Program-made: the position numbers and the translations under genes
Shown: one piece after another, positions 1-8,370 of the stretch
How positions within the stretch are numbered: position 1 is the stretch's first letter
How the letters are laid out: every line of letters begins with the position of its first letter
Assembly: GCA_963991145.1 (NCBI GenBank)
Contig: CAXDOZ010000003.1
Location: forward strand, 1 to 51,068
DNA from: an uncultured Chitinophagales bacterium
GTDB lineage: Bacteria; Bacteroidota; Bacteroidia; Chitinophagales; JABDMM01
Direction: 5' to 3'
DNA: 51,068 bases
The notes under the pieces: model-generated
Seen by the model: the letters and a program-made list of their open reading frames with translations, nothing else
Databases searched by the model: none
Told to the model about the DNA's origin: nothing

Positions 1-484
1 AGTCCTCTGGAATCGTTACGATAAGCGTATCGATGATTCCGTTTGGTCCACCACCTGGGCCACAAGTATCACATGTTGGACAGGTGTCGCCAATACAAGG
101 TGGATCGTTGACAGGTGTCACATCGACGATGTAAACTTGAGTATCACATAAGCCGCCTGTATCACAAGCAGTAAAGACAAATACATCTCTTCCGATCCAG
201 TTCAGATCTGGCTGATAGTACACACAAGGTGTGTCATTTGCTGTGATGCCGATCGGACCAGGAGTCGTGAAGTAGCCCATACCGTTATCGAAGCTGTCAA
301 GAACAGCAATCACAACGCTATCATATGGGTTACCGAAGTCTACATCCGTGATCGGGAAGCAAGCTGTTACGTTTGAGTCCTCTGGAATCGTTACGATAAG
401 CGTATCGATGATTCCGTTTGGTCCACCACCAGGGCCGCAAGTATCACATGTTGGACAGGTGTCGCCAATACATGGTGGATCGTT
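1..484. repeat. Intragenic tandem repeat, 375-nt (125-aa) period; 1-109 nearly identical to 376-484
   Basis: Direct comparison shows 3 mismatches in 109 nt, all at synonymous third positions. Diverged copies of the same unit lie near 1676-2035 and 2321-2685. Confidence 0.9.
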
Positions 485-3400
485 TTCCGGTGTGATAACA
501 ACATAAACAGTTGCTGTATCGCAACATTGAGTACCAATAACCGGAGGAATTACAGTGTCACAAACAATATAGCTGAATGTGTCAAATCCAAAGAAGTTGA
601 GATTTGGAGTATAGTTTATTGTTCCGCTATCCGTAGCAGTAGCAGTTCCATTTGCAGGAAGCATAAGTACTTCTACAGACTCAGGATTTAGATTAGAGTC
701 AACATCGATATCATTTGCAAGAACATCAATATTCACTGTGATATCCTCTCTTGTTGTATCGAAATCATCAACCGCTATTGGACAATCATTGATTTGGATC
801 ACAGCGATAAAGACGTCTGCTGTATCGCACTCAGCAGGCATAAACTGATCGCAAACGTAGTAGGTGAATGTATCAAAGCCTACGAAGTTCAGATTAGGCG
901 TATAAAGAACCTCTCCGTTTGTTGTGTCAAGGTTTGCAGTTCCATTACTTGGTCCTGAAATGATCACTACGCTCGTCGTATCAAGGAATCCTTCAGGGTC
1001 GAAATCATTCGCCAGGATAATGATCAATGTTGAATCATTAACATCAACTGTATCAAAATCATCATTAGCAACAGGTGGCTGGTTCAGAGCCGCACAGAAT
1101 GGAGTTGCAGGTGGATAAGCAACGGTATCCGGCGAACTTGTTGGGTTTACTGATGCATAAACTACAATTGGTCGGTACTCAGGACCAGGATAGGTCTTAA
1201 TACCATTACTATCAACCGAGAAACCTGGCCAGAAAACTACATTATTTAGTGACTGATTCGCCAACACTGTAGTGTCTCCGGCAGTATCAATTATATAGAT
1301 AGTAGCAAGAGTGTCTGTGGTTCCAGTGACAAAGATGTTCCATCTCAATAGTGGATTATCATCGATACAAGCACTGTCAAAGTTGACAATTAAAGACTGA
1401 AGAACAGTGATGTATACGTTGGCGGTATCAAACCCTCCATTACTATCTGTAATGGCATATTGGAAGGTGTCAATACCTGAGAATGTGATATTCGGAACGT
1501 ATTTAACCAGATTATTAGAATCAATAGTGGCCACTCCATTATTCGGAGTAGATACGTAGATCACAGTTAAGGTATCACCATCTAGATCCGAATCATTATC
1601 AAGAACGGAGACATAGACTGAATCTCCCGCTACCACTGTGTCGAAGTCATCAACTGCAAGCGGTGGATCATTTACTGGAGTAATAATTACAATCAATACC
1701 TGGGTATCGCATAATCCTCCGGTATCACATGCAATGAATACAAAGGTGTCTGTTCCAATGTAATTAGTGTCAGGCTCATAGAATACACAAGCCGTATCCT
1801 GCATGGTAAATGAGTAAGGTGCTGGTCCTGTAAAGAAGCCATTACCATTATCGAATGAGTCGTATACAAAGTAGGTTACACTATCGAATGGATTGTTAAA
1901 GTCTACATCGTTGATAATGAAGCAAACTGTGGTATCACTATCCTCAGGAATAGTTACAATAAGTGTATCTGTAACACCTGGTTCTACATGTGGATCACAA
2001 GTATCAAGTAGACAGATCTTAGGCGTATCGTTTACTGGTGTGATCTCAATGAACACTGTCGCAGTATCACAAAGAACAGGGATTCCAGTATCACATACGA
2101 AGTAGACAAAGGTGTCATTTCCATTGTAATCAAGGATACTGTTATAATCTACCGTTCCATCTCCCAAAGGAATAGCCGTTCCAAATGAAGGACCACTAAT
2201 GATGGTAACTGAAGCACTGTCAAGAGGACCATCAACATCGAAATCATTTTCGATCACATTGAGGATGGTATTGTCCTCAAGCGTGGTGTAGAAGTCATCA
2301 TTAGCTACCGGAGGATCATTCACCGGAGTAACAATTACAATATAGACTTGAGTATCACAAAGTCCGCCGGTATCACAGGCAGTGAACACGAAAGTGTCCT
2401 GACCAGTCCAGTTTGTATCAGGTCTGTAGAACACACATAATGTGTCATTCATCGTGATTCCGATAGAACCCGGAACTGTGAAATAACCCATTCCATTGTC
2501 GAAGCTGTCAAGTACAGTAATCACTACACTATCGTATGGATTATTGAAATCAGGGTCCTCAATAATGAAGCATACAGTTGTATCCGTATCCTCAGGGATG
2601 GTTACAATAGTAGTATCAGTCTCCCCATTCTCATTTCTATCACATGTATCAACAACATATCTCAAACAAGGAGTATCATTTACTGGAGTCACTGTAACAA
2701 AGACTGTAGCAGTATCACAGTAAATTGGAATACCTAGATCACAAATTGAATATTGGAATGAATCTGTTCCATTGAAATCAAGATCCGGTGAATAGAGGAT
2801 CTGGAAGCCGGATGTAACTGCTGTTCCATTATTAGCATTTGTGATAGGCATTACAGTTGAGGAATCAATGTTATTATCCGGATCAGTATCGTTTGCCAGA
2901 ACATTGATAAGAATTGGAGTTTCCTCTGGTGTAGAACGTGTATCGTTTACTGCAACAGGAGGATTATTACAGAACTCAACCAGGTAACTATTACAAAGCT
3001 GAGGTCCTTCCCCACAAGAGTTTACTGCACTTACACAGATATTATGCAGGCCAGTATCTACTCCATTCCAATTGATGACGATAAAGGTGTCAGCTGCAGT
3101 ACCTCCTACTTGAAGTGCTCCGGTTGGAATCGTCCAATTGTAGCTAGTAGCTCCAGGAACAGCATTTATATGGAAGGTGTCAATACCAGAGTTAAAGCAG
3201 ATCGTATCTGCAATTGGAGCAATTAGATAGGTATACTGTTCGAATGCTTCATTTCCACAGAAATCGGTAACAGTAACTGTTGTTGTACAACGAATCACAT
3301 TACCAAGTGTGTCAGCACCAACTACATTTGAAAGGCTATCATTTGGATTGGAGAAATCAACCCCATTACAAGTAGTCTCCCACTGATAAGTGAATGGTGG

Positions 3401-4615
3401 ACGACCGCCAGTAGAAACAACAACCTCCGCCTGGTTTTCTGATCCAGCTCCAATTTGAACCGGGAAAGAAGTTGACAGGGTCATTCCTTTCTCGATTGCG
3501 GCGGTCATCAGGAAGTTGAATAACGAAGCCTGTGCTGCGATTTGTGATTGGTTAGTACCAGTTGGGTTGTGACCAGCCAGATAGAATACTAGGCCATAGT
3601 TTGGATTACCAAAAGCACGTCCGAAAACGAACTTTGCACCCTTACGAGGAGCAGCTCCATCAGAGGTTCCATACATCACGGTAGTGGTAGGTCTCCATCT
3701 TCCATTTGTCAATGGGATATACCATTCCTCTGAACCGTTCTCTGTTGCTGAAGTTGGATCCCCTAGAAACTGAGTAAGTGGGTCATCTGCAAGAGAGGAA
3801 TCAAATGTATACGGTAGTGTTGGATTATCAGGGTGATCTTCTGTAATTAAAGATCCACATTTATTATTGTCATAACACTGCAAACCATTTGTAGAAAGGA
3901 AATTCATTCTAAGCGAAGTATCACCAGGTGCATTGATACCTTCCATGATACTTACCGCTCGACAAGAAGCCCAGAAATAACCTTTATTGTCTCTATCCCA
4001 ATCCCTTACATTGCTATGTGTTGCCCAAGTTGGATCTGCGTGAGGCATGATGAAGATATCATCACAGTTATCCAATTGAGTTGGCAACTTAAGGTTATAG
4101 GCTGATGAGGGAATATCGGCATTCTGATAATAGTCAATAGCAATTGAAGAGGACTGTTGATCAAGAGTTGCTATTGGCCAATAAACAATGCTTCCGAAAA
4201 TATAGGCAGTGAAGTCAGACACTGCTGTATCGATCTCGACCCCCTCACTCATCCATTCGGCAATAACCGAATCAACTTGAGGAGTTCTGTATTCTGGTGG
4301 GATGATGAATGGCCCACCGATATAATCTTTCCCATTGTGAGAGAAGTCGATCCCTCCTACCCCTTTACCGGGTAAAATTGACCAGTTTACGTATACATTG
4401 TAGTTATTCAGGAGTTCATAGATCATCCCGTAGGGCTTTAATGCATTCCCTACAGTTACAGGTGTGACACCCATATCTACGATCAATGATCCCGAGTCAA
4501 CTACCTCGTATTTTCCATTGAACTGAATTACTGCTCCGGCCTCTTTCTGCGTAGCAAACAGACCCAGGAATATTCCCAGTATCTGAAGTAAAACAAGTGA
4601 TTTAAAATTTCTCAT
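1..4615 (-). CDS. Giant secreted Ig-like/cadherin-like (Big_9/tandem-95-type) repeat surface protein, probable T9SS adhesin; 3' end beyond window
   Basis: Translated by hand; absent from the ORF track because no stop lies in the window. ATG at 4615 gives MRNFKSLVLLQILGIFLGLFATQKEAGA (signal peptide), then GSLIVDMG..NALKPYGMIYELL, a PKD-like unit (GATSYNWTIPTGA..ICVSAVNSCG) and many PVAxDD..VLAND..YTPNxNFxGxDTFxYxVCD repeats. The same frame holds at every point checked down to position 2 (..IVTIPED). Confidence 0.9.
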   Translation of the reverse strand, partial: MRNFKSLVLLQILGIFLGLFATQKEAGAVIQFNGKYEVVDSGSLIVDMGVTPVTVGNALKPYGMIYELLNNYNVYVNWSILPGKGVGGIDFSHNGKDYIGGPFIIPPEYRTPQVDSVIAEWMSEGVEIDTAVSDFTAYIFGSIVYWPIATLDQQSSSIAIDYYQNADIPSSAYNLKLPTQLDNCDDIFIMPHADPTWATHSNVRDWDRDNKGYFWASCRAVSIMEGINAPGDTSLRMNFLSTNGLQCYDNNKCGSLITEDHPDNPTLPYTFDSSLADDPLTQFLGDPTSATENGSEEWYIPLTNGRWRPTTTVMYGTSDGAAPRKGAKFVFGRAFGNPNYGLVFYLAGHNPTGTNQSQIAAQASLFNFLMTAAIEKGMTLSTSFPVQIGAGSENQAEVVVSTGGRPPFTYQWETTCNGVDFSNPNDSLSNVVGADTLGNVIRCTTTVTVTDFCGNEAFEQYTYLIAPIADTICFNSGIDTFHINAVPGATSYNWTIPTGALQVGGTAADTFIVINWNGVDTGLHNICVSAVNSCGEGPQLCNSYLVEFCNNPPVAVNDTRSTPEETPILINVLANDTDPDNNIDSSTVMPITNANNGTAVTSGFQILYSPDLDFNGTDSFQYSICDLGIPIYCDTATVFVTVTPVNDTPCLRYVVDTCDRNENGETDTTIVTIPEDTDTTVCFIIEDPDFNNPYDSVVITVLDSFDNGMGYFTVPGSIGITMNDTLCVFYRPDTNWTGQDTFVFTACDTGGLCDTQVYIVIVTPVNDPPVANDDFYTTLEDNTILNVIENDFDVDGPLDSASVTIISGPSFGTAIPLGDGTVDYNSILDYNGNDTFVYFVCDTGIPVLCDTATVFIEITPVNDTPKICLLDTCDPHVEPGVTDTLIVTIPEDSDTTVCFIINDVDFNNPFDSVTYFVYDSFDNGNGFFTGPAPYSFTMQDTACVFYEPDTNYIGTDTFVFIACDTGGLCDTQVLIVIITPVNDPPLAVDDFDTVVAGDSVYVSVLDNDSDLDGDTLTVIYVSTPNNGVATIDSNNLVKYVPNITFSGIDTFQYAITDSNGGFDTANVYITVLQSLIVNFDSACIDDNPLLRWNIFVTGTTDTLATIYIIDTAGDTTVLANQSLNNVVFWPGFSVDSNGIKTYPGPEYRPIVVYASVNPTSSPDTVAYPPATPFCAALNQPPVANDDFDTVDVNDSTLIIILANDFDPEGFLDTTSVVIISGPSNGTANLDTTNGEVLYTPNLNFVGFDTFTYYVCDQFMPAECDTADVFIAVIQINDCPIAVDDFDTTREDITVNIDVLANDIDVDSNLNPESVEVLMLPANGTATATDSGTINYTPNLNFFGFDTFSYIVCDTVIPPVIGTQCCDTATVYVVITPENDPPCIGDTCPTCDTCGPGGGPNGIIDTLIVTIPEDSNVTACFPITDVDFGNPYDSVVIAVLDSFDNGMGYFTTPGPIGITANDTPCVYYQPDLNWIGRDVFVFTACDTGGLCDTQVYIVDVTPVNDPPCIGDTCPTCDTCGPGGGPNGIIDTLIVTIPED

Positions 4616-4641
4616 GACTATATCTTGATTTCCGGGGAAGA

Positions 4642-7092
4642 TTATTTTCTAAATATTTGAGCAGGTGAACCTGGTATGCTGCTTGGAATAACTGGTCTAC
4701 AAACGGTGTTGGTTTCACAACCCACAGAGGTGAATCCTTTGACACATACATCACCTGATGCAAAACCAGTGATAACGGTTATTGAGCCTGCTGGTCCGAA
4801 ATAAGTACTGTTTCCGCCACTTTCAATAATCTGATGGGTTGCAGGGACAGTCCACTGGAAGTTTGCAATTACATCACTTGTAACAGCTGAATAGGTAACT
4901 GTATCTCCAGCACAAGGCACAGGAATCGTAGCGTTGATTGTATCAATGGTTGGATCACATTCCTCAGTTACAATTACAATAATTGTAGTATCACAAATTG
5001 GGAAATTGTCACATGTAATTGTGCAGAAGGTATCAGCACCCAAGAAATTTGAGTCAGGAGTGTAAGTGACTCTATAATTAGGACTCGACGAGAACGTATC
5101 TCCTGGCAGAACAAAGTCAATAGTAAGCTCAATTTCTGCGTCAGCGGTACACCCGCCGCCTGGGGTGAAGTTCACCTGACTGCCAATAAATAAGTTAAAG
5201 TTTACTGATGTGTTGCCTTGAAGTTGGCTTGTAATATCAATGTTTGAAGATCCAACTGAGGCGAAGGTACATCCATCTACACCTGTAGAAAGGTTGGTAG
5301 CAACATTTGAACCGTTAATACCAAAGTTTGCAAACTCGTTACCTCCTGGGCCATTACTAAAGTCACCTCGGAGTCTAATGTTTAGAGTAGCGGATACAAT
5401 ATCACCGCCATTAGGCACAGAATATGGAGTTGAAACCGTACCCCCAGTATTGTTACTGGTCATATTTGTTACCGAAGTAACAGAAGGTCCTGAGAAAACA
5501 ACCGCCATATCACCAGTTCCGCAGGTATCGCTGTATACAACAACTCCACTATCTGGGTCCTGGCAGGAGTTTAAAGTATAAGGCCCATAACTAGAATAAA
5601 CAGAACCCTCAATGCACGAATCGTAAACAGTGTTTACAATGATTGTATCGATGATTGTATCTGTAGTTGGTCTACTTACAATGTATACTCGAGCAGTATC
5701 ATAAAAAACAGGGAATGCAATATTCCCAATTACATAATCAAAAGAATCCAAGCCCTGGAATCCAGGATTTGGAGTATAAGTGAATGTTCCATCCCCATTG
5801 TTAACCAATCCTCCATTTGAAGGGCTTGTAAATGCTGAAGTTAAACTTGTATCAAGGTTATTTGCAGGAATAAGATCATTTCCAAGAACGGTAGTTAATA
5901 CAGGTACTCCTGGGTTTGTGTAGAAAGTGTCATCAATTGCTGTAATTGGGCAATCATTTCCACAAGTAGCAGAAATTCTGATTGAACCAATAATAATTGA
6001 CTGACCAGAAGGAGAAACAGGAGAAATTACTCTAACCTGAGCAACATCAGCAGATCCAGGCACATTATTCAAGGTAAGATTTGAGATGGTTAATGAAGCC
6101 CCATCTCTTTCAGTGGATACTGTATCATACGCTACCTGCCCTGCACAAGTGAACTCTACAATAAGAATACGTCCGTCCAGGCTGATCTCAGAACAAGGAA
6201 CAACAGCATTTACTGTCTTGGTTTCCTGAGTTACCGGAATATTGGCATATCGAACAATTGTAGATCTAAATCCATATCCTGGAAGAAGTGATGCGCCAGC
6301 ACCTTCACAGTCAAGGCTGTTTTTTCTAAGAATATATAACATCATCGACTGAGCAATAGAAGGATCAGAAGGCTGAACCGTTACTTCTGTTGCTGGATCA
6401 AGGTAAGTTCTAAATACAGCTCTTGAAGAGCTACCATTTTCAATAGGTGTAAAGGAGGTTATATTCTTGGTTTCATTTGGAGTGCTGAAAACAACGTTTG
6501 ACATCGTTCCTCCCTTGTAAGTAACCTCTGCTAGAATAGAGTCGATATTTCCCGTATCTGAAACCGGAAGAGTGAAACTAGATTGGTTAAGTATACCGCT
6601 TCCATAAACATCAAAGAATTTCTTATCCTCACATGCAATATCAACCTCATTGATACAATCGGGATCGACAGCATCTGCTAGTCCGTCTCCATCATCATCA
6701 AATCCATTTCCACAGATCTCAACAACAACAGAAATATTTGCAGTAGCCTGATCACAATTTCCGCCGCTGCAGATTTCATAATCAAGAGCATCTGCACCGG
6801 CATATCCATTATCTGACAAATAGATAATATCTCCCGAGGCTAGCAACTTTGCTTGTCCATTTGAAGGACCACTTACGATTGTCACCGTAAAGGGACCTGG
6901 AGGATAGGTGTCATTGTCATACACATCGAGCCACTTTTTGCGCTCGGAGTTAACAGTATAGCTATCATTAACAGCAGAAACCTGAGCATCTGCCGAAAAT
7001 GCAAATGAGCCAATCACTGTTAAAATGATACTGGCACGAAGAATCACGGGACTATTTAAAGTCCTTTCAACTAAATAGGATAAGGTTCTCAT
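4642..7092 (-). CDS. Secreted multidomain surface protein with Big_9-like repeats, an Asp-rich putative Ca-binding motif and a C-terminal PKD-like domain
   Basis: The ORF track starts at 7266, but ATG 7092 (MRTLSYL..FAFSADA-Q) gives a signal peptide. Motifs: SAVNDSY..YAGADALDYEIC, EICGNGFDDDGDGLADAVDPDC, YTPNPGFQGLDSFDY, FQWTVP..GDVCVKG. Confidence 0.8.
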   Translation of the reverse strand: MRTLSYLVERTLNSPVILRASIILTVIGSFAFSADAQVSAVNDSYTVNSERKKWLDVYDNDTYPPGPFTVTIVSGPSNGQAKLLASGDIIYLSDNGYAGADALDYEICSGGNCDQATANISVVVEICGNGFDDDGDGLADAVDPDCINEVDIACEDKKFFDVYGSGILNQSSFTLPVSDTGNIDSILAEVTYKGGTMSNVVFSTPNETKNITSFTPIENGSSSRAVFRTYLDPATEVTVQPSDPSIAQSMMLYILRKNSLDCEGAGASLLPGYGFRSTIVRYANIPVTQETKTVNAVVPCSEISLDGRILIVEFTCAGQVAYDTVSTERDGASLTISNLTLNNVPGSADVAQVRVISPVSPSGQSIIIGSIRISATCGNDCPITAIDDTFYTNPGVPVLTTVLGNDLIPANNLDTSLTSAFTSPSNGGLVNNGDGTFTYTPNPGFQGLDSFDYVIGNIAFPVFYDTARVYIVSRPTTDTIIDTIIVNTVYDSCIEGSVYSSYGPYTLNSCQDPDSGVVVYSDTCGTGDMAVVFSGPSVTSVTNMTSNNTGGTVSTPYSVPNGGDIVSATLNIRLRGDFSNGPGGNEFANFGINGSNVATNLSTGVDGCTFASVGSSNIDITSQLQGNTSVNFNLFIGSQVNFTPGGGCTADAEIELTIDFVLPGDTFSSSPNYRVTYTPDSNFLGADTFCTITCDNFPICDTTIIVIVTEECDPTIDTINATIPVPCAGDTVTYSAVTSDVIANFQWTVPATHQIIESGGNSTYFGPAGSITVITGFASGDVCVKGFTSVGCETNTVCRPVIPSSIPGSPAQIFRK

Positions 7093-7128
7093 GACCGGGG
7101 TCGATATTTTTCCTAAAAAAAATGAAAC

Positions 7129-7392
7129 CGTAATGGGAGACCTCTCGTATAAGAGACCATTACGAGTACAAGAATATGATGTAGCCCCCTCTAAGAGTGA
7201 GTCTTTTGGAGCGGGCTGATATGTGTTTGGAATACTATGGCAAGGAAAGGGGTAATTTTTCTCCATAGATAAAGGATTGTATCCTCTGCCTATATGTAGA
7301 TAAGTAGCTTATGTTCCAAGGGCATAGGGGGTTTAAATAATGCGTTGTCTCGTTAGTTAGCTCTCAGCGGTATAAACCGGACCCTAAATATA
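7129..7392 (-). promoter_or_regulatory. Long hairpin-rich leader of the adhesin operon, with a -7-like element (TATATTTA, 7392-7385) and a terminator-like hairpin (7129-7164)
   Basis: Six or more consecutive inverted repeats. On the minus strand the last hairpin is followed by GTTTCATTTTTTTT just before the start codon. Confidence 0.4.
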
Positions 7393-7620
7393 TAAAATGA
7401 ATCTCTGTATAATCGTATAAAAAAGAGTACAGTTGAGGGAAATCACCCTTCTAACCCTTGCCAAACGCGCGTTTCACCATCCACAAAAAGCTCCACTTTT
7501 TCCACATAAGACTTGAGCATCAAGACATTAAGATTTTTCTTAAATGGTAAATTGGAGAAATCCAACATTCTTCCTTGCGTCATGATCTAATTCAAAAAAA
7601 ATGGATTTCTTTGGGCGCTA

Positions 7621-8370
7621 ATGAGCATTCTAGACCAAAAGGTTATCGTAGTGTTACCTGCTTATAATGCAGCGCAAACTCTTGAGGCAACATATAGGGA
7701 GATCCCTTTCGACATTGTTGATGATGTTGTTCTTGTAGATGATGCCAGTACGGATAGCACTGTGGAGGTTGCTAATTCATTAGGCATTAAGCATGTCTTG
7801 AAGCACGAAAAAAACAAGGGCTATGGTGGGAATCAAAAGTCCTGCTACAAAAAAGCCCTTAGCCTTGGTGCTGATATCATAATCATGCTTCATCCGGATT
7901 ATCAATACACGCCTAAACTTATCCCTTCAATGGTAGGTCTAATTTCACAGGACCTCTACCCTGTTGTGTTGGGTTCGCGAATTCTTGGAAATGGAGCCTT
8001 GAAAGGTGGAATGCCCATCTATAAATACATCGCAAATCGATTCCTTACATTTTTTCAGAACCTCTTTCAGGGGCAAAAACTCTCGGAATACCACACGGGA
8101 TATCGGGCATTTTCAAGCAAGGTGTTTGATCAGATAAATATTGAAGCAAACTCAGATGACTTCATCTTCGACAATCAGATGTTAGCTCAGATCATCTATA
8201 AAGATTTTAAGATCGGAGAAGTGACATGTCCAACGAAATACTTCCCTGAGGCAAGCAGTATCAATTTTAGGCGGAGTATGAAATACGGACTTGGATGTCT
8301 CTTAGTTAGCGTTCAATTCCGCCTTGCAAAATGGGGAATTTACAAGGCAAAGACCTTTAAGGGTATCTAA
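7621..8370 (+). CDS. Glycosyltransferase family 2 (polyprenol-phosphate glycosyltransferase, DPM1/ArnC-like)
   Basis: VVLPAYNAA, VLVDDASTD, NKGYGG, HPDYQY, LSEYHTGYRAF motifs. Confidence 0.9.
   Translation: MSILDQKVIVVLPAYNAAQTLEATYREIPFDIVDDVVLVDDASTDSTVEVANSLGIKHVLKHEKNKGYGGNQKSCYKKALSLGADIIIMLHPDYQYTPKLIPSMVGLISQDLYPVVLGSRILGNGALKGGMPIYKYIANRFLTFFQNLFQGQKLSEYHTGYRAFSSKVFDQINIEANSDDFIFDNQMLAQIIYKDFKIGEVTCPTKYFPEASSINFRRSMKYGLGCLLVSVQFRLAKWGIYKAKTFKGI

Noticed and set aside
1-484. Diversity-generating retroelement TR/VR pair or CRISPR array
   Set aside because: The mismatches are synonymous and not adenine-specific, both copies are in-frame coding repeats, and there is no reverse transcriptase, spacer structure or cas gene in the window
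924-5581. Short plus-strand ORFs (924, 1893, 2496, 3044, 4157, 5240)
   Set aside because: Antisense shadows of the minus-strand adhesin genes; the Ser/Val/Thr bias is what the reverse of Asp/Thr-rich codons produces. The same applies to the other short nested ORFs across the window.
7093-7266. 58-aa N-terminal extension of the 874-aa ORF
   Set aside because: It would bury the signal peptide and runs through the hairpin-rich leader; ATG 7092 is the better start
7498-7506. DnaA-box-like TTTTCCACA (similar words at 12720 and 33793) as a replication origin
   Set aside because: Isolated boxes with no cluster, unwinding element or origin-linked genes
7115-7601. A8 tracts (7115-7122, 7594-7601) or an invertible promoter as phase-variation devices
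   Set aside because: The tracts are short for an AT-rich genome; no long flanking inverted repeats or recombinase gene were seen
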